DNA of 64,000 bases from Anaerolineae bacterium (GTDB taxonomy: Bacteria; Chloroflexota; Anaerolineae; B4-G1; DUEL01). The notes beneath the pieces were generated by a model that saw only the letters and a list, made by a program, of their open reading frames with translations, was not told the DNA's origin and ran no database searches. The translations under genes and the position numbers were made by a program. Location of the stretch: positions 1 to 64,000 of the forward strand of contig JBDOIF010000020.1 in the NCBI GenBank assembly GCA_041082215.1, read 5' to 3'. Shown piece by piece: positions 10,076 through 19,193 of the stretch (positions are counted from its first letter, which is position 1; every line of letters starts with the position of its first letter).

Positions 10076-11761
10076 TCAACCCCTTATCCGTACCGTCCAC
10101 GGCGGCAGCGCCCAGACCCGCTCCCTGGCTAAGGCCGCCATCGCCGTCAACCGCTCTTTCTCCGGGGCGTGAGGGGGCATCGGGAGCTGGAAGGGGCGGG
10201 GCGGCTCAACCGTCACCACCGGCAACCAGACGTCCGGCTCCAATCCCAGCAACCGCCTGGCCTCCCCCAGCGCTGCCTCGAATCCCCCCAGCCCATCCAC
10301 CAGGCCCCGCTCCAGCGCCTGCTGGCCGGTCCAGACCCGACCCCTGGCGAGTTCTTCCACCCGTTCGGGGTCCATTCCCCTCCCCTCGGCCACCCGCGCC
10401 TTGAACCGGCCGTAGGATTCCTCAAGTTGGGCCCGGATCACCTGTCGCTCCTCCTCGGAGAAGGGGAGGTGGTCGGCGTAGAGGCTGGCGTGGGCTCCCC
10501 GCTGGAGCACCTCCCGCCCCACCTTCAGCCGCTCGTAGAGACCAGCGGTCACAAACTTGCCGCCCCAGATGCCGATCGAACCGGTGAGTGTGGCCGGCTG
10601 GGCGATGATGCGGTTGGCAGCCACAGCGACATAGTAGCCGCCGGAGGTCGCCCGATTTCCCATCAGGGCCACCACCGGCTTCCGTTCCCGCAGCCGCCGC
10701 ACCTCCTGCCAGATCAGATCGGAGGCCAGAGCGGAGCCGCCGGGGGAGTCAACGTAAAGGACCACCGCCCCGATCCGCCGGTCCCGCTCCGCCGCCCGGA
10801 GGGCCTGGACCACGGTCTCGGAGCCGGCCAGTTGCTCGACGAAGGGAAGCGGCACCGGAAGCGGGGGAATACGGCGGGAAGGTCCAGCGACGATCATCCC
10901 CTCTACAGAGACCACGCCGATCGCCGGTCGGCGTCTCCAGCGGACCGGACGGCGGAGCCAGCGGCGGGCCTCCCCCCAGGGCAGCAACCTCTCCGCACCT
11001 ACCCGCTGCACCAGTTCATCCTCATAGGCCACCTCATCGGCCAGGCCGACCTCTACTGACTCCCGAGCGGACAGGGGCATACGGTCAATCAATGCCCTCA
11101 CCTGCTCCGGCTGGAGGCCCCGGCCTTCGGCAATTTGTGTCACCACCTCGTCGAAGAGGGAATCCAGGATTGCTTCCAGCATCTCCCGATGGGGACCGCT
11201 CATGCTGGAGCGGCGGAAGGTGTCGGGGCTTACCTTATATTCACGCAGGGCTTCGAAATCCGCCTCCACTCCGATCAGAGCAAGGGCGTCCTTAAGGAAC
11301 ACCGCCTCCGCCAGGAGGCCCGCTGCGAACAGGGCGCCGCTTTGCGGGAGGACCACCTGGTCGCAGGCAGAGGCCAGGTAGGTCGTCCAGGTATCCGCTT
11401 CGGGCAGCCAGCAGAGGACCCGCTTTCCCTGCTCCCGCAGCCTCTCGATCATCCCCCGCAGCGCCTGGACCGTGGCCGGTCCGGCGCTCAGGCGGCCCAC
11501 ACGCACCACCACCCCCTCCACCCGTCGGTCCTGTGCCAGCGCCTCGAGCACCTCCCGCAGCTCCTCCAGGCTGGGCTCGGCAGGGAAGAGAGGGAGCAGG
11601 CTGAGAGGAAAGGGGAGGCGGAAGGGGGGCTCCCGGCGTTCGGGGTAGGAGCCTTCCAGGCGGATCAGGACGTATCCCAGCTCCCGGCGGAGGAGGGATC
11701 GGAGGAAGTTGCCGGCCGTCCTGAAGAGGTTACGGACCCACATCTCTTCCGTTGTCCTCAT
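10076..11761 (-). CDS. sppA: signal peptide peptidase SppA (two S49 domains)
   Basis: DSPGGS, ATSGGYY, TGSIG, GRVWTG, EYK. Confidence 0.9.
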   Translation of the reverse strand: MRTTEEMWVRNLFRTAGNFLRSLLRRELGYVLIRLEGSYPERREPPFRLPFPLSLLPLFPAEPSLEELREVLEALAQDRRVEGVVVRVGRLSAGPATVQALRGMIERLREQGKRVLCWLPEADTWTTYLASACDQVVLPQSGALFAAGLLAEAVFLKDALALIGVEADFEALREYKVSPDTFRRSSMSGPHREMLEAILDSLFDEVVTQIAEGRGLQPEQVRALIDRMPLSARESVEVGLADEVAYEDELVQRVGAERLLPWGEARRWLRRPVRWRRRPAIGVVSVEGMIVAGPSRRIPPLPVPLPFVEQLAGSETVVQALRAAERDRRIGAVVLYVDSPGGSALASDLIWQEVRRLRERKPVVALMGNRATSGGYYVAVAANRIIAQPATLTGSIGIWGGKFVTAGLYERLKVGREVLQRGAHASLYADHLPFSEEERQVIRAQLEESYGRFKARVAEGRGMDPERVEELARGRVWTGQQALERGLVDGLGGFEAALGEARRLLGLEPDVWLPVVTVEPPRPFQLPMPPHAPEKERLTAMAALARERVWALPPWTVRIRG

Positions 11762-12888
11762 TCTCCCGCCTGCCCGGCCAACCGCTCCAGGTCGGGCAGG
11801 GAGACGCGGGCGATGCGGATCTCTGAGGGGGAAAGCATCCCCAGAATCCACGGGTAGTCTCTACCGATGGGGCTGGTATAGTAACTGACGTAGAGCGTAT
11901 CCCCCTGCACCACGGCGCCGGCGTAGGAGGTGTCCCCTGCGCTGGGCAGGTCGGTGAGCCATACCAGCCCATCCTCCCGGACGAGGAAAAGGGCGGTCCG
12001 TTTGCGGCTGAAGATGCTCCCCAGCCGGGTGAGAGGGCCCCGCGGGCCAGGCTGGTAGCGGCCCACGGCATAGACCCGGCCCCGGTAGGAGAAGAGGGCG
12101 GGGCCGTCCAGCCGCGTGACATAGGAGCGGGTGGTGGACCAATCGGTGTAGGGGGGCGGGGCGGTACCGATAAGGGTGGCGGCGCGGGGGTCGCCGAGGA
12201 TGCTGTCGCTCCCTTCCAGCCGCGCCGTGCAGAGCAGCCGGCCGTCGGGCAGGAACTCGATGGCGGTCTCATCGTTCCGGTCCCCCTCGTGGATCAGCCC
12301 CACCTCCGTCCATCGCTCCCCATCGGTTGAGCGGAGAAGGATGGACCGTCCATGCTCCCGCCAGTAGGCAGGCGCATACCAGGTCTGACCATCTGCCGTC
12401 TTTGGCTGCCAGAACAACCACCCCTGAGGCTCCAGGTCCTGAAAGGGAGTCCAGTGCCGGCCGTCTTCACTAACGGAGAGGACGGTTCCGTAAGGTTCGG
12501 CGGTGAAGGCTGTGTTTTTCAGGGCATAGAGGAAGAGGCGGTCGCCGACGACGGCGAAATGGGGGTCACGGATGTCCTGTCCTTCCACCCCCAGCTCCGC
12601 CAGCCGTTCCCAGTGCACAGCATCGGTGGACCGCCAGACGATCAGGCGGGAGCGCTCGCTGGCGAAGTGCCAGGGTGAGGTGGCGTGGATCAGGTAGAAG
12701 GCGTCCTGCCAGTAGATGAGGTCGGTGTTGGAGTTGTGCGCTCCGTCGCTGACGGCGGCCCACGAGTCGGACACGACAGAGGGGTCCACCGCTGCTCGAT
12801 TGGGCCGCAGCGCCCACCACCCCAGCGTAGCGGCCAGGACGAGGAGCAGGCCGCCGACAAAGGCCCCGATACCCTTTAACACGCGCAT
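11758..12888 (-). CDS. membrane-anchored BNR-repeat (sialidase-like) beta-propeller protein
   Basis: N-terminal TM; Asp-box-like STDAVHW, SEDGRHW, STDGERW. Confidence 0.7.
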   Translation of the reverse strand: MRVLKGIGAFVGGLLLVLAATLGWWALRPNRAAVDPSVVSDSWAAVSDGAHNSNTDLIYWQDAFYLIHATSPWHFASERSRLIVWRSTDAVHWERLAELGVEGQDIRDPHFAVVGDRLFLYALKNTAFTAEPYGTVLSVSEDGRHWTPFQDLEPQGWLFWQPKTADGQTWYAPAYWREHGRSILLRSTDGERWTEVGLIHEGDRNDETAIEFLPDGRLLCTARLEGSDSILGDPRAATLIGTAPPPYTDWSTTRSYVTRLDGPALFSYRGRVYAVGRYQPGPRGPLTRLGSIFSRKRTALFLVREDGLVWLTDLPSAGDTSYAGAVVQGDTLYVSYYTSPIGRDYPWILGMLSPSEIRIARVSLPDLERLAGQAGE

Positions 12889-12960
12889 CTCCCCTCCTGG
12901 TCTGAAAATGTGGTGAGACCTGAAGGCATCCTCCGCGCCTGCGTGGTAAGCAATGACCGT

Positions 12961-13638
12961 TTACCGCAGAGGCGCAGGGGGTTCCTGATCTGAAGAAGGG
13001 GCCTGCAGGACCAGCCGGCGGCAGAGCGCCACGCCAGCCACACCGTCCGTCGTCCAGTAGTCCGCACCTACGTACCGGCAGACCTCCTCGGTCAACTGGC
13101 CGCCGCCGATGATGACCGGCCTATCGTAGCCGTGGGACCGCAGGAGCGCGATCGTCTCCCGCATAGCTTGGAAAGAGCTGGTCAGCAGACAGGAGAGGCC
13201 GATCAGGTGGGGGTGAAACTCTCCGGCCCGCTCGGCGAAAGCGGCCGGAGGGACGTCCACACCCAGGTCCTCCACCACAAAGTTATGACAGCGCAGGAGC
13301 ATATGGACGATGTTCTTCCCCAGGTCGTGGATGTCCCCTGCGACGGTGCCGAGGAGGATCCGGCCGGAGGCGGTGCCTGAGACCTGCTCTTCGATAACTG
13401 GCTGGACCATTTCCATGACCTGGCGGAAGATTTCTCCTCCCATGATGAGCCCGGCCAGATAGTACTGGTGTTGCTCATAGCGCAGGCCCACCTGTCGCAG
13501 TCCCTCCTGGCAATCTTTGACAATGGCCAGCGGGTCTTCTCCGGCCTGCAGGCGCTGGGATACGAGCGTCAGGGCCGCTTCCTCCTGCAGATCGGCCACC
13601 GCTGAGATCAGCTTTTTGCTCGCGTGCGAGTTGGTCAT
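12961..13638 (-). CDS. cobalamin-binding corrinoid protein
   Basis: cap domain, GDIHDLGKNIV (DxHxxG), SCL, IIGGG. Confidence 0.9.
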   Translation of the reverse strand: MTNSHASKKLISAVADLQEEAALTLVSQRLQAGEDPLAIVKDCQEGLRQVGLRYEQHQYYLAGLIMGGEIFRQVMEMVQPVIEEQVSGTASGRILLGTVAGDIHDLGKNIVHMLLRCHNFVVEDLGVDVPPAAFAERAGEFHPHLIGLSCLLTSSFQAMRETIALLRSHGYDRPVIIGGGQLTEEVCRYVGADYWTTDGVAGVALCRRLVLQAPSSDQEPPAPLR

Positions 13639-14420
13639 ACCTGGCTTATCCTCTCTCCACGAATGCCGACCGCAGTGGTAAAGCGAAGACGGTCGCCGGG
13701 GCAGATGAACCATCCCCAACTGACAGGGCGATCCCTGAGGTCGTAAAAGATGTGTTCCAACCGGAAGGCGGGCGCACCGGCTCTGGATTCCAGCAGATTT
13801 GCCTCCTCGTCCGTTAAAACCGTTGCCTCGATCGCCAACTCTCCCCGCTTCAGTGTTGAGGAGCTTCCCCCGCTGAACAGGCCGTGGAGGGCCGTTACTT
13901 CCAGCTCGGCTTCCACAATCGGGCGGGTTGGGTCGTAGATCAGATACTCCCTGTGCAGGACGATAGGCTTTTCTTCCTGAAGGATCAGCCGACGGATAAA
14001 GACGGCCCGCTCGTTTGGCCGAATACCCAGCATCCGACCGATCCGCTCCGTAGCGGAGACGATGCGGGCTTCGAGAAGACGGACCGAGGCGTGCTCTCGA
14101 CCCCGGAACAGTCTCTGGAGGTTGTCGAGATTGAAACTGGCCGTCTCCAGGTCCAGTGGGCGGACGAAAGTCCCCCGCCCCTGCTCGGCGGTGACCAATC
14201 CCTGGTCAACCAGCAGGTTGACAGCTCGCCGGACGGTCATCGGACTGACGCCATACTGTCGGCACAGTTGGGACTCTGAAGGCAGTCGGTCGCCGGGGCG
14301 AAACCGGCCGGCCGCGATCTGCGCTCGCAGGATCTGGGCCAACTGTGCGTAGGCAGGCACATATGAACTGCGGTCTATGCTGCGAGTAGGCTCTTCGGCC
14401 AAAGGTTCTTCACCCCCCAC
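13635..14420 (-). CDS. GntR/HutC family transcriptional regulator (UTRA domain)
   Basis: LPSESQLCRQYGVSPMTVRRA, QGRGTFV. Confidence 0.9.
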   Translation of the reverse strand: MGGEEPLAEEPTRSIDRSSYVPAYAQLAQILRAQIAAGRFRPGDRLPSESQLCRQYGVSPMTVRRAVNLLVDQGLVTAEQGRGTFVRPLDLETASFNLDNLQRLFRGREHASVRLLEARIVSATERIGRMLGIRPNERAVFIRRLILQEEKPIVLHREYLIYDPTRPIVEAELEVTALHGLFSGGSSSTLKRGELAIEATVLTDEEANLLESRAGAPAFRLEHIFYDLRDRPVSWGWFICPGDRLRFTTAVGIRGERISQV

Positions 14421-14506
14421 AATTGCTCAGGCACAGAAATGGGGTTGGCCAGTTGTGTCTTTATTATACTGGACGTGGAGGACACGGAAAAGTGGCTTGG
14501 ATTTTG

Positions 14507-15556
14507 TTATGCCCCGCTTTCCAGCAGCCGCCGCGTCGCAGCCACCAGTCCGAAGCAGCCGGTGAGCATCATATCTCCATAAGGAGCAGCGAAATGATAG
14601 CCCAACCCGGCCGCCATATGCCGCTGCGGGCCGGTCACCGCCACGAAGTCAAAGCCCTTGCCCGGGGTGTAATCAGGGCTAATGTAAGCCCCGTGGCCGT
14701 TTTCGGCATAGACCTCCTCGTCGCTCAGCGCCCCTGCCCGTAACGTCTCCACCAGCCTGCGGAGTTTCTCCGGAGTTATCAGGACCGTGTGGTGCTCGAA
14801 CAGGCCCAGAATGCGCTCCCCCTTCAGAAGGACGCCGACCGTGTGCTGGTTGCCCACGTTGACCGCGATGAATCCCTCCTGCTGATGGGCCGCCGCTGCG
14901 GGGTCCTCCAGAATCCCCCAGAGGGCAGCGGGGCCGGTGTCCATCAGGATCGCCCCGGGCACATCCTGCTGAACCGCCAGCATACGGGTATAACAGGAGG
15001 GGACCTGGCGGTAGGCCAGGTGGATCATCTCCCCCCCGCTCCGGACAAACTCCTGCCACAGTTGGAAGCGGAAGCGGCGATTGGAGCCTTCCAGGCACTC
15101 ACCGTGGTCCTGCACAGCCACTGCGATCGTCTCCGGCAGCGTCACCCCAAAAGGGGCCAGCGCCCGGGCCAGTGTCTCCAGGTCCACGTCGCGGGTATAG
15201 AGGGTGACCAGGTCCGCTGCCTTCGGCGGCTCCTCAACGATGGTGTAGCCCTGCTCCCGCACCTGGTCCAGATTATCCCGGATCGTCAGCGCGGCGCGGG
15301 GGGTAATGTAGACGGGAAGGCCAGCTCTCAGGTGTCGCTTCAGCGCGCTGACGACCGGACCGCCTCCCATCAGGTTGCCGGTGAGGAAGAGCGGCCGTCC
15401 CTCCTGTGTGGCCTGCTTCACCTGCCGGGCCAGCACTGTGGTCCAGGACGGGAGCACCAGTTTGACGTTGTTCTCCATCGGCTGCCCGGCCTCCCAGAGC
15501 AGGATGTCCTGCGTGCCGGCACCGACGTCAATGGCGAGGATACGGTCTACGCTCAT
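14507..15556 (-). CDS. DUF1786-like protein (ASKHA-type fold suspected)
   Basis: AIDVGAGTQD, VAVQDHG, SNRRFRF, MDTG, NVGNQHT, FEHHT. Confidence 0.75.
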   Translation of the reverse strand: MSVDRILAIDVGAGTQDILLWEAGQPMENNVKLVLPSWTTVLARQVKQATQEGRPLFLTGNLMGGGPVVSALKRHLRAGLPVYITPRAALTIRDNLDQVREQGYTIVEEPPKAADLVTLYTRDVDLETLARALAPFGVTLPETIAVAVQDHGECLEGSNRRFRFQLWQEFVRSGGEMIHLAYRQVPSCYTRMLAVQQDVPGAILMDTGPAALWGILEDPAAAAHQQEGFIAVNVGNQHTVGVLLKGERILGLFEHHTVLITPEKLRRLVETLRAGALSDEEVYAENGHGAYISPDYTPGKGFDFVAVTGPQRHMAAGLGYHFAAPYGDMMLTGCFGLVAATRRLLESGA

Positions 15557-15566
15557 ATCCCTGTTC

Positions 15567-16073
15567 TCAGGCGAGGTCTCTTTCGTGGTGGTGCTCCGTA
15601 TCCACCCCGCGTGCCATCCGGACGGCGTGGGGGAGGATGGGGGAGAGGACCTCCATCCCCTCCCGCACTGCCCTGGGGCTGCCCGGCAGATTGACGATCA
15701 GGGTCTGGCCGCGCAGGCCGGCCGTGCCCCGGGAAAGGACGGCCAGCGGTGTGCGGCGGTACCCTTGCGTCCGGAGGAGCTCCGCCAGCCCCGGCGCCTC
15801 CCGGTCCAGCACCGCCCGCGTCGCCTCCGGGGTCTGGTCGCGGGGCGTCAGACCGGTCCCCCCCGTCGTCAAAACCAGGTCCAGCTTCATCTGATCGGCC
15901 AGGTAGATCAGGATCTGCTGGATCTGCTCCGGCTCGTCGGGGACGACGGTTTGAAAGGCCACTTCAGCCCCGATTTGACGGAGGAGATCGGCCAGTATCG
16001 GGCCGCTTACATCCTCCCGCTCTCCGGCGGCCCCCTTATCGCTTATGGTCACCACAGCAGCTCGGATCTCCAT
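15567..16073 (-). CDS. molybdopterin adenylyltransferase MogA/MoaB family
   Basis: TISD, TTGGTG, RDQTPEA, NLPGSP. Confidence 0.93.
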   Translation of the reverse strand: MEIRAAVVTISDKGAAGEREDVSGPILADLLRQIGAEVAFQTVVPDEPEQIQQILIYLADQMKLDLVLTTGGTGLTPRDQTPEATRAVLDREAPGLAELLRTQGYRRTPLAVLSRGTAGLRGQTLIVNLPGSPRAVREGMEVLSPILPHAVRMARGVDTEHHHERDLA

Positions 16074-16192
16074 GTCCCCCCTGCCCGCCCTTCTGTGCTC
16101 TCCGTGTCCGGTTGATGAGAGCGAACAGAATGGCGAAAGTCCTGCTCAATTATACCATAGTCCCGCGTCATGTCAGGACGGGCCTTCCCATT

Positions 16193-16385
16193 GGGCATAT
16201 TTCAATTTCGGGGCGAGTGGCCCTCTCGCCCGCCGGTGGATCGCAAATCCCACGAATGGGCCGAATACAGCGAACAGGAGGGATACCTGCTCCATTCGCG
16301 GTATTCGTTTCCATTCGCGCCATTCGTGTTTCCCCAGGTCCGGCCCGGGCCAGGGACATCTCGCCCCCAGACTGGAATGCACCTC
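16193..16385 (+). mobile_element. ~190-bp MITE-like element, copy 1
   Basis: ~24-bp imperfect TIRs, flanking near-direct repeat TTCCCATT/TTTCCATT; copies at 31877 and 41468. Confidence 0.8.
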
Positions 16386-16452
16386 TTTCCATTGGGTAAC
16401 ATTTTGGGGTTGTGGTATAATTTTTTCACCCCCGAAATAGTAAGGAGAGAAA

Positions 16453-17304
16453 ATGGTTCCGCCAGTTGATCCTGTTGCATTGCACATTGGACCCATAGCC
16501 GTTCACTGGTATGGCATCCTTATCGTCACCGGCGTGTTGCTGGGCGCCGTCTATGCCGCCCGCCAGGCCCCGCGCAAGGGGATATCGCCCGACCACATCT
16601 GGAATGGCCTGACGGTATGTGTGGTCCTGGGAATCATCGGCGCCCGCCTCTACCATGTCTTCTCCAGCCCCCAGGGCGGAGGACTGGGCTGGTCCTGGTA
16701 CCGGGAGCATCCGGAGGACATCATCAAAATCTGGCAGGGTGGTCTGGGCATCTACGGCGCGATCATCGGCGGGGTGCTGGGCGTGGTGCTGTATGCCCGT
16801 TACCACAAGCTCTCCATCTTTACCCTGCTGGACCTGGGCGGGCCGGGCCTGGCGCTGGGGCAGGCCATAGGGCGCTGGGGCAACTTCATCAACCAGGAAC
16901 TCTACGGCCCTCCCACTGGCTCCTCCTGGTGGGGGGTCCGCATTGACGCCGACCACCGTCTGGCGATGTACCCCATCAGCCGTTATCCGGAGGAGACCCT
17001 CTTTCATCCCACTTTTCTCTATGAATCCATCTGGTGCCTGGCCCTCTTCATCGTTCTGGCCCTGCTTGCCCGGAAGAAAGAGGCGTGGCTGAGGCCCGGA
17101 GACATCTTCGCCGGATATGTGATCGGGTACTCCCTCGGACGCTTCTGGATCGAGTTCTTCCGCCCGGATGCCTGGATGGTGGGGCCGCTGGCAGCCGCCC
17201 AATGGGTGGGGCTGGCCCTGATCGCCGCCGGAGGGCTGTTTCTGTTTCTCCGCCACTGGGGTCCCGAGCCATCCCCTCCCGCCCCTCCAACGGAAACGTC
17301 CTGA
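16453..17304 (+). CDS. lgt: prolipoprotein diacylglyceryl transferase
   Basis: HWYG, GARLYHV, IGRWGNFINQELYG, HPTFLYES. Confidence 0.97.
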   Translation: MVPPVDPVALHIGPIAVHWYGILIVTGVLLGAVYAARQAPRKGISPDHIWNGLTVCVVLGIIGARLYHVFSSPQGGGLGWSWYREHPEDIIKIWQGGLGIYGAIIGGVLGVVLYARYHKLSIFTLLDLGGPGLALGQAIGRWGNFINQELYGPPTGSSWWGVRIDADHRLAMYPISRYPEETLFHPTFLYESIWCLALFIVLALLARKKEAWLRPGDIFAGYVIGYSLGRFWIEFFRPDAWMVGPLAAAQWVGLALIAAGGLFLFLRHWGPEPSPPAPPTETS

Positions 17305-17325
17305 AAAAGCATCAGGGAGGTCTAT

Positions 17326-18033
17326 ATGAGCCGCGCCGCCGCTCTGTACCGACTGCAGCAGCTCGACCTTGAGGAGGAAAAAGGCCGCCGTCGGCTGAGC
17401 GAGATCGCTGCCTGCCTGGGGGAGACCTCCGCTCTGCGTCGAGCACGGGAGCGAGCCGAGGAGACCGTTGCGGAAGTGCAACGGTGGGCCGTCCGTCAGC
17501 GGGACCTGGAGCTGGAAGTGGAGGGGATCAAGGGCGAGATCGCCGCCGCTGAAAGGAGGCTGTACGACGGCGGGTTGCGCAACCCCAAGGAGTTGAGCGA
17601 TCTCCAGGCTAAGGTCGCTTCCCTGCATCGCCTCCTTGAGAAGAAAGAGGAGGAACTTCTGGAGGCGATGATCGCCCGGGAGGAAGCCGCGGCGGCGCGG
17701 GAGGAGGCTCGAGCTCGTCTGGAGGAGGTGCAGGCGGCCTGGTCGAACGACCAGGCCGCGCTGCAGAAGGAAAAAGAAGGGCTGGAATCGCGGCTGGGAG
17801 AGATCGCCCGGGAACGGGAAGCCCTCCTGCCCCGGATTCCGGCCGACGACCTGGCAACCTACCGGGCCCTGCGACGGACAAAGGGAGGGACGGCTGTGGC
17901 CGTGATGCGGGCCGGCGCCTGCACCGCCTGCGGGATGGAGGTCCCCTCCGGGCGAATGGAGCGAGCCCGGGAGGCAGGCCTTTTCTTCTGTGGCAACTGC
18001 GAGCGGATTCTGGTGCCGGAGGGAGAGATGTAA
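17326..18033 (+). CDS. coiled-coil protein with C4 zinc ribbon (DUF164-like)
   Basis: LQQLD start, long coiled coil, CTAC..CGNC. Confidence 0.88.
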   Translation: MSRAAALYRLQQLDLEEEKGRRRLSEIAACLGETSALRRARERAEETVAEVQRWAVRQRDLELEVEGIKGEIAAAERRLYDGGLRNPKELSDLQAKVASLHRLLEKKEEELLEAMIAREEAAAAREEARARLEEVQAAWSNDQAALQKEKEGLESRLGEIAREREALLPRIPADDLATYRALRRTKGGTAVAVMRAGACTACGMEVPSGRMERAREAGLFFCGNCERILVPEGEM

Positions 18034-18055
18034 CCCTGCCCTCTGCAGTGCATAT

Positions 18056-18089
18056 AAAGAGCCACGGCCCCCGGGGGAGGGGCCGTGGC
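18056..18089 (-). terminator. intrinsic terminator
   Basis: 11-bp stem GCCACGGCCCC/GGGGCCGTGGC followed by TCTTT on minus strand. Confidence 0.7.
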
Positions 18090-18157
18090 CTGCGAAAGGA
18101 GGGTAACCACAAACAGCCTCTGATGTGGAACAGGGGGCGGGGACCTGTCCCAGCATC
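18056..18157 (-). ncRNA. putative sRNA with C-rich loops and anti-SD segment
   Basis: TTGACG-18-TAGAAT promoter (18193-18164), 5' hairpin, CCCUCCUUUC, terminator; no credible ORF. Confidence 0.6.
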
Positions 18158-18283
18158 GCCCTTATTCTACAACGAGGAGGGGGCTACCGTCAATGGGAAA
18201 AAAGTACTAGGGGTTCACACGAGACGGGCCAGGCCCCAAGCATCGTGGGGCAGCTCGCCGATCTCCCGGCTCCCGGCGATCTC

Positions 18284-18350
18284 CGCAACGGGATTGAAAC
18301 GGTTTCGTAAGCTTTCCATTATTGACAGACCCCTTGACTTGGCATACAAT
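18284..18350 (+). promoter_or_regulatory. promoter with three 11-bp-spaced boxes upstream
   Basis: TTGACA(18322)-17-TACAAT; gcaac/gaaac/gtaag at 18285/18296/18307. Confidence 0.7.
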
Positions 18351-18482
18351 GAGGTTGTTCTAACCATATTCTTACCTGAGCTTCGCAACCCCACGAGATA
18401 GGGGAAACCGCTATCCTGTCCTTTGCAGGGTTTCGGGAGAGACCGCCCGCTTCCCTGGAAACAGCAACTGAAAGGTGAGGAA

Positions 18483-19193
18483 TTGAGCGATCAAGAGCGG
18501 GTCCTGGTAATAGACGATGACGAAGGGCTGGCGCGTCTGATGCGCCTCCAGTTGGAACGATCCGGATACGCGGTGCAGACGGCCGCGAGCGGCCTTGAGG
18601 GAATTCGCCTGGCCCGTGAGTGGGAACCTCATCTGATCCTCCTCGATGTCCTGATGCCGGACGTGAGCGGCTGGGACGTCTATAAGGAGTTGCGGAGATT
18701 TACCGACGTACCGGTCTGCTTCACCACAGCGCTGGGAGAGGACCACCACGTCTTTCAGGGCCTCGATCTGGGAGCCGATGATTACATCATCAAACCCTTC
18801 AGCTACAGGGAGCTGGTCGCACGGGTGCGGGCGGCTCTCCACCGCTACCGCCGCCTGACCGAAGACGCGCCACTGGAGATTGGCCCGGTACGGGTTGACC
18901 CCCGCACCCGCCGCGTCTGGCTGCACGACCGCCCCATCCATATGACCCCTACCGAATTCCGGCTGCTGCACACCCTGGCCCGGCGGGCCGGCGGCGTGGT
19001 GACCCACGAAGAGCTCCTCCGCCAGGTCTGGGGGGCCGATCCGGATCTGGAAAAGAAGCGGGACAGTCTGAAACTCTATATCTGGTACCTGCGCCGCAAG
19101 CTGGAAAAGGACCCCACCCATCCACGGCTGCTCGTCAGCCACCGAGGTGTAGGCTACAGGCTGATCGCCCCCAGTGACGAGGAATCCCGGTGA
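18483..19193 (+). CDS. OmpR-family response regulator
   Basis: VIDDD, LLDVLMP, GADDYIIKPF, wHTH TPTEFRLL..RGVGY; TTG start after AAGGTGAGG. Confidence 0.93.
   Translation: MSDQERVLVIDDDEGLARLMRLQLERSGYAVQTAASGLEGIRLAREWEPHLILLDVLMPDVSGWDVYKELRRFTDVPVCFTTALGEDHHVFQGLDLGADDYIIKPFSYRELVARVRAALHRYRRLTEDAPLEIGPVRVDPRTRRVWLHDRPIHMTPTEFRLLHTLARRAGGVVTHEELLRQVWGADPDLEKKRDSLKLYIWYLRRKLEKDPTHPRLLVSHRGVGYRLIAPSDEESR

Noticed and set aside
16168..16496. Similar short ORFs at 16.2, 31.8 and 41.5 kb
   Set aside because: Translations of the non-coding MITE, in inconsistent frames
18360..18480. Glycine, c-di-GMP or cobalamin riboswitch
   Set aside because: Only isolated words (GGGAGAGAC, GGAAAC) match; full consensus absent
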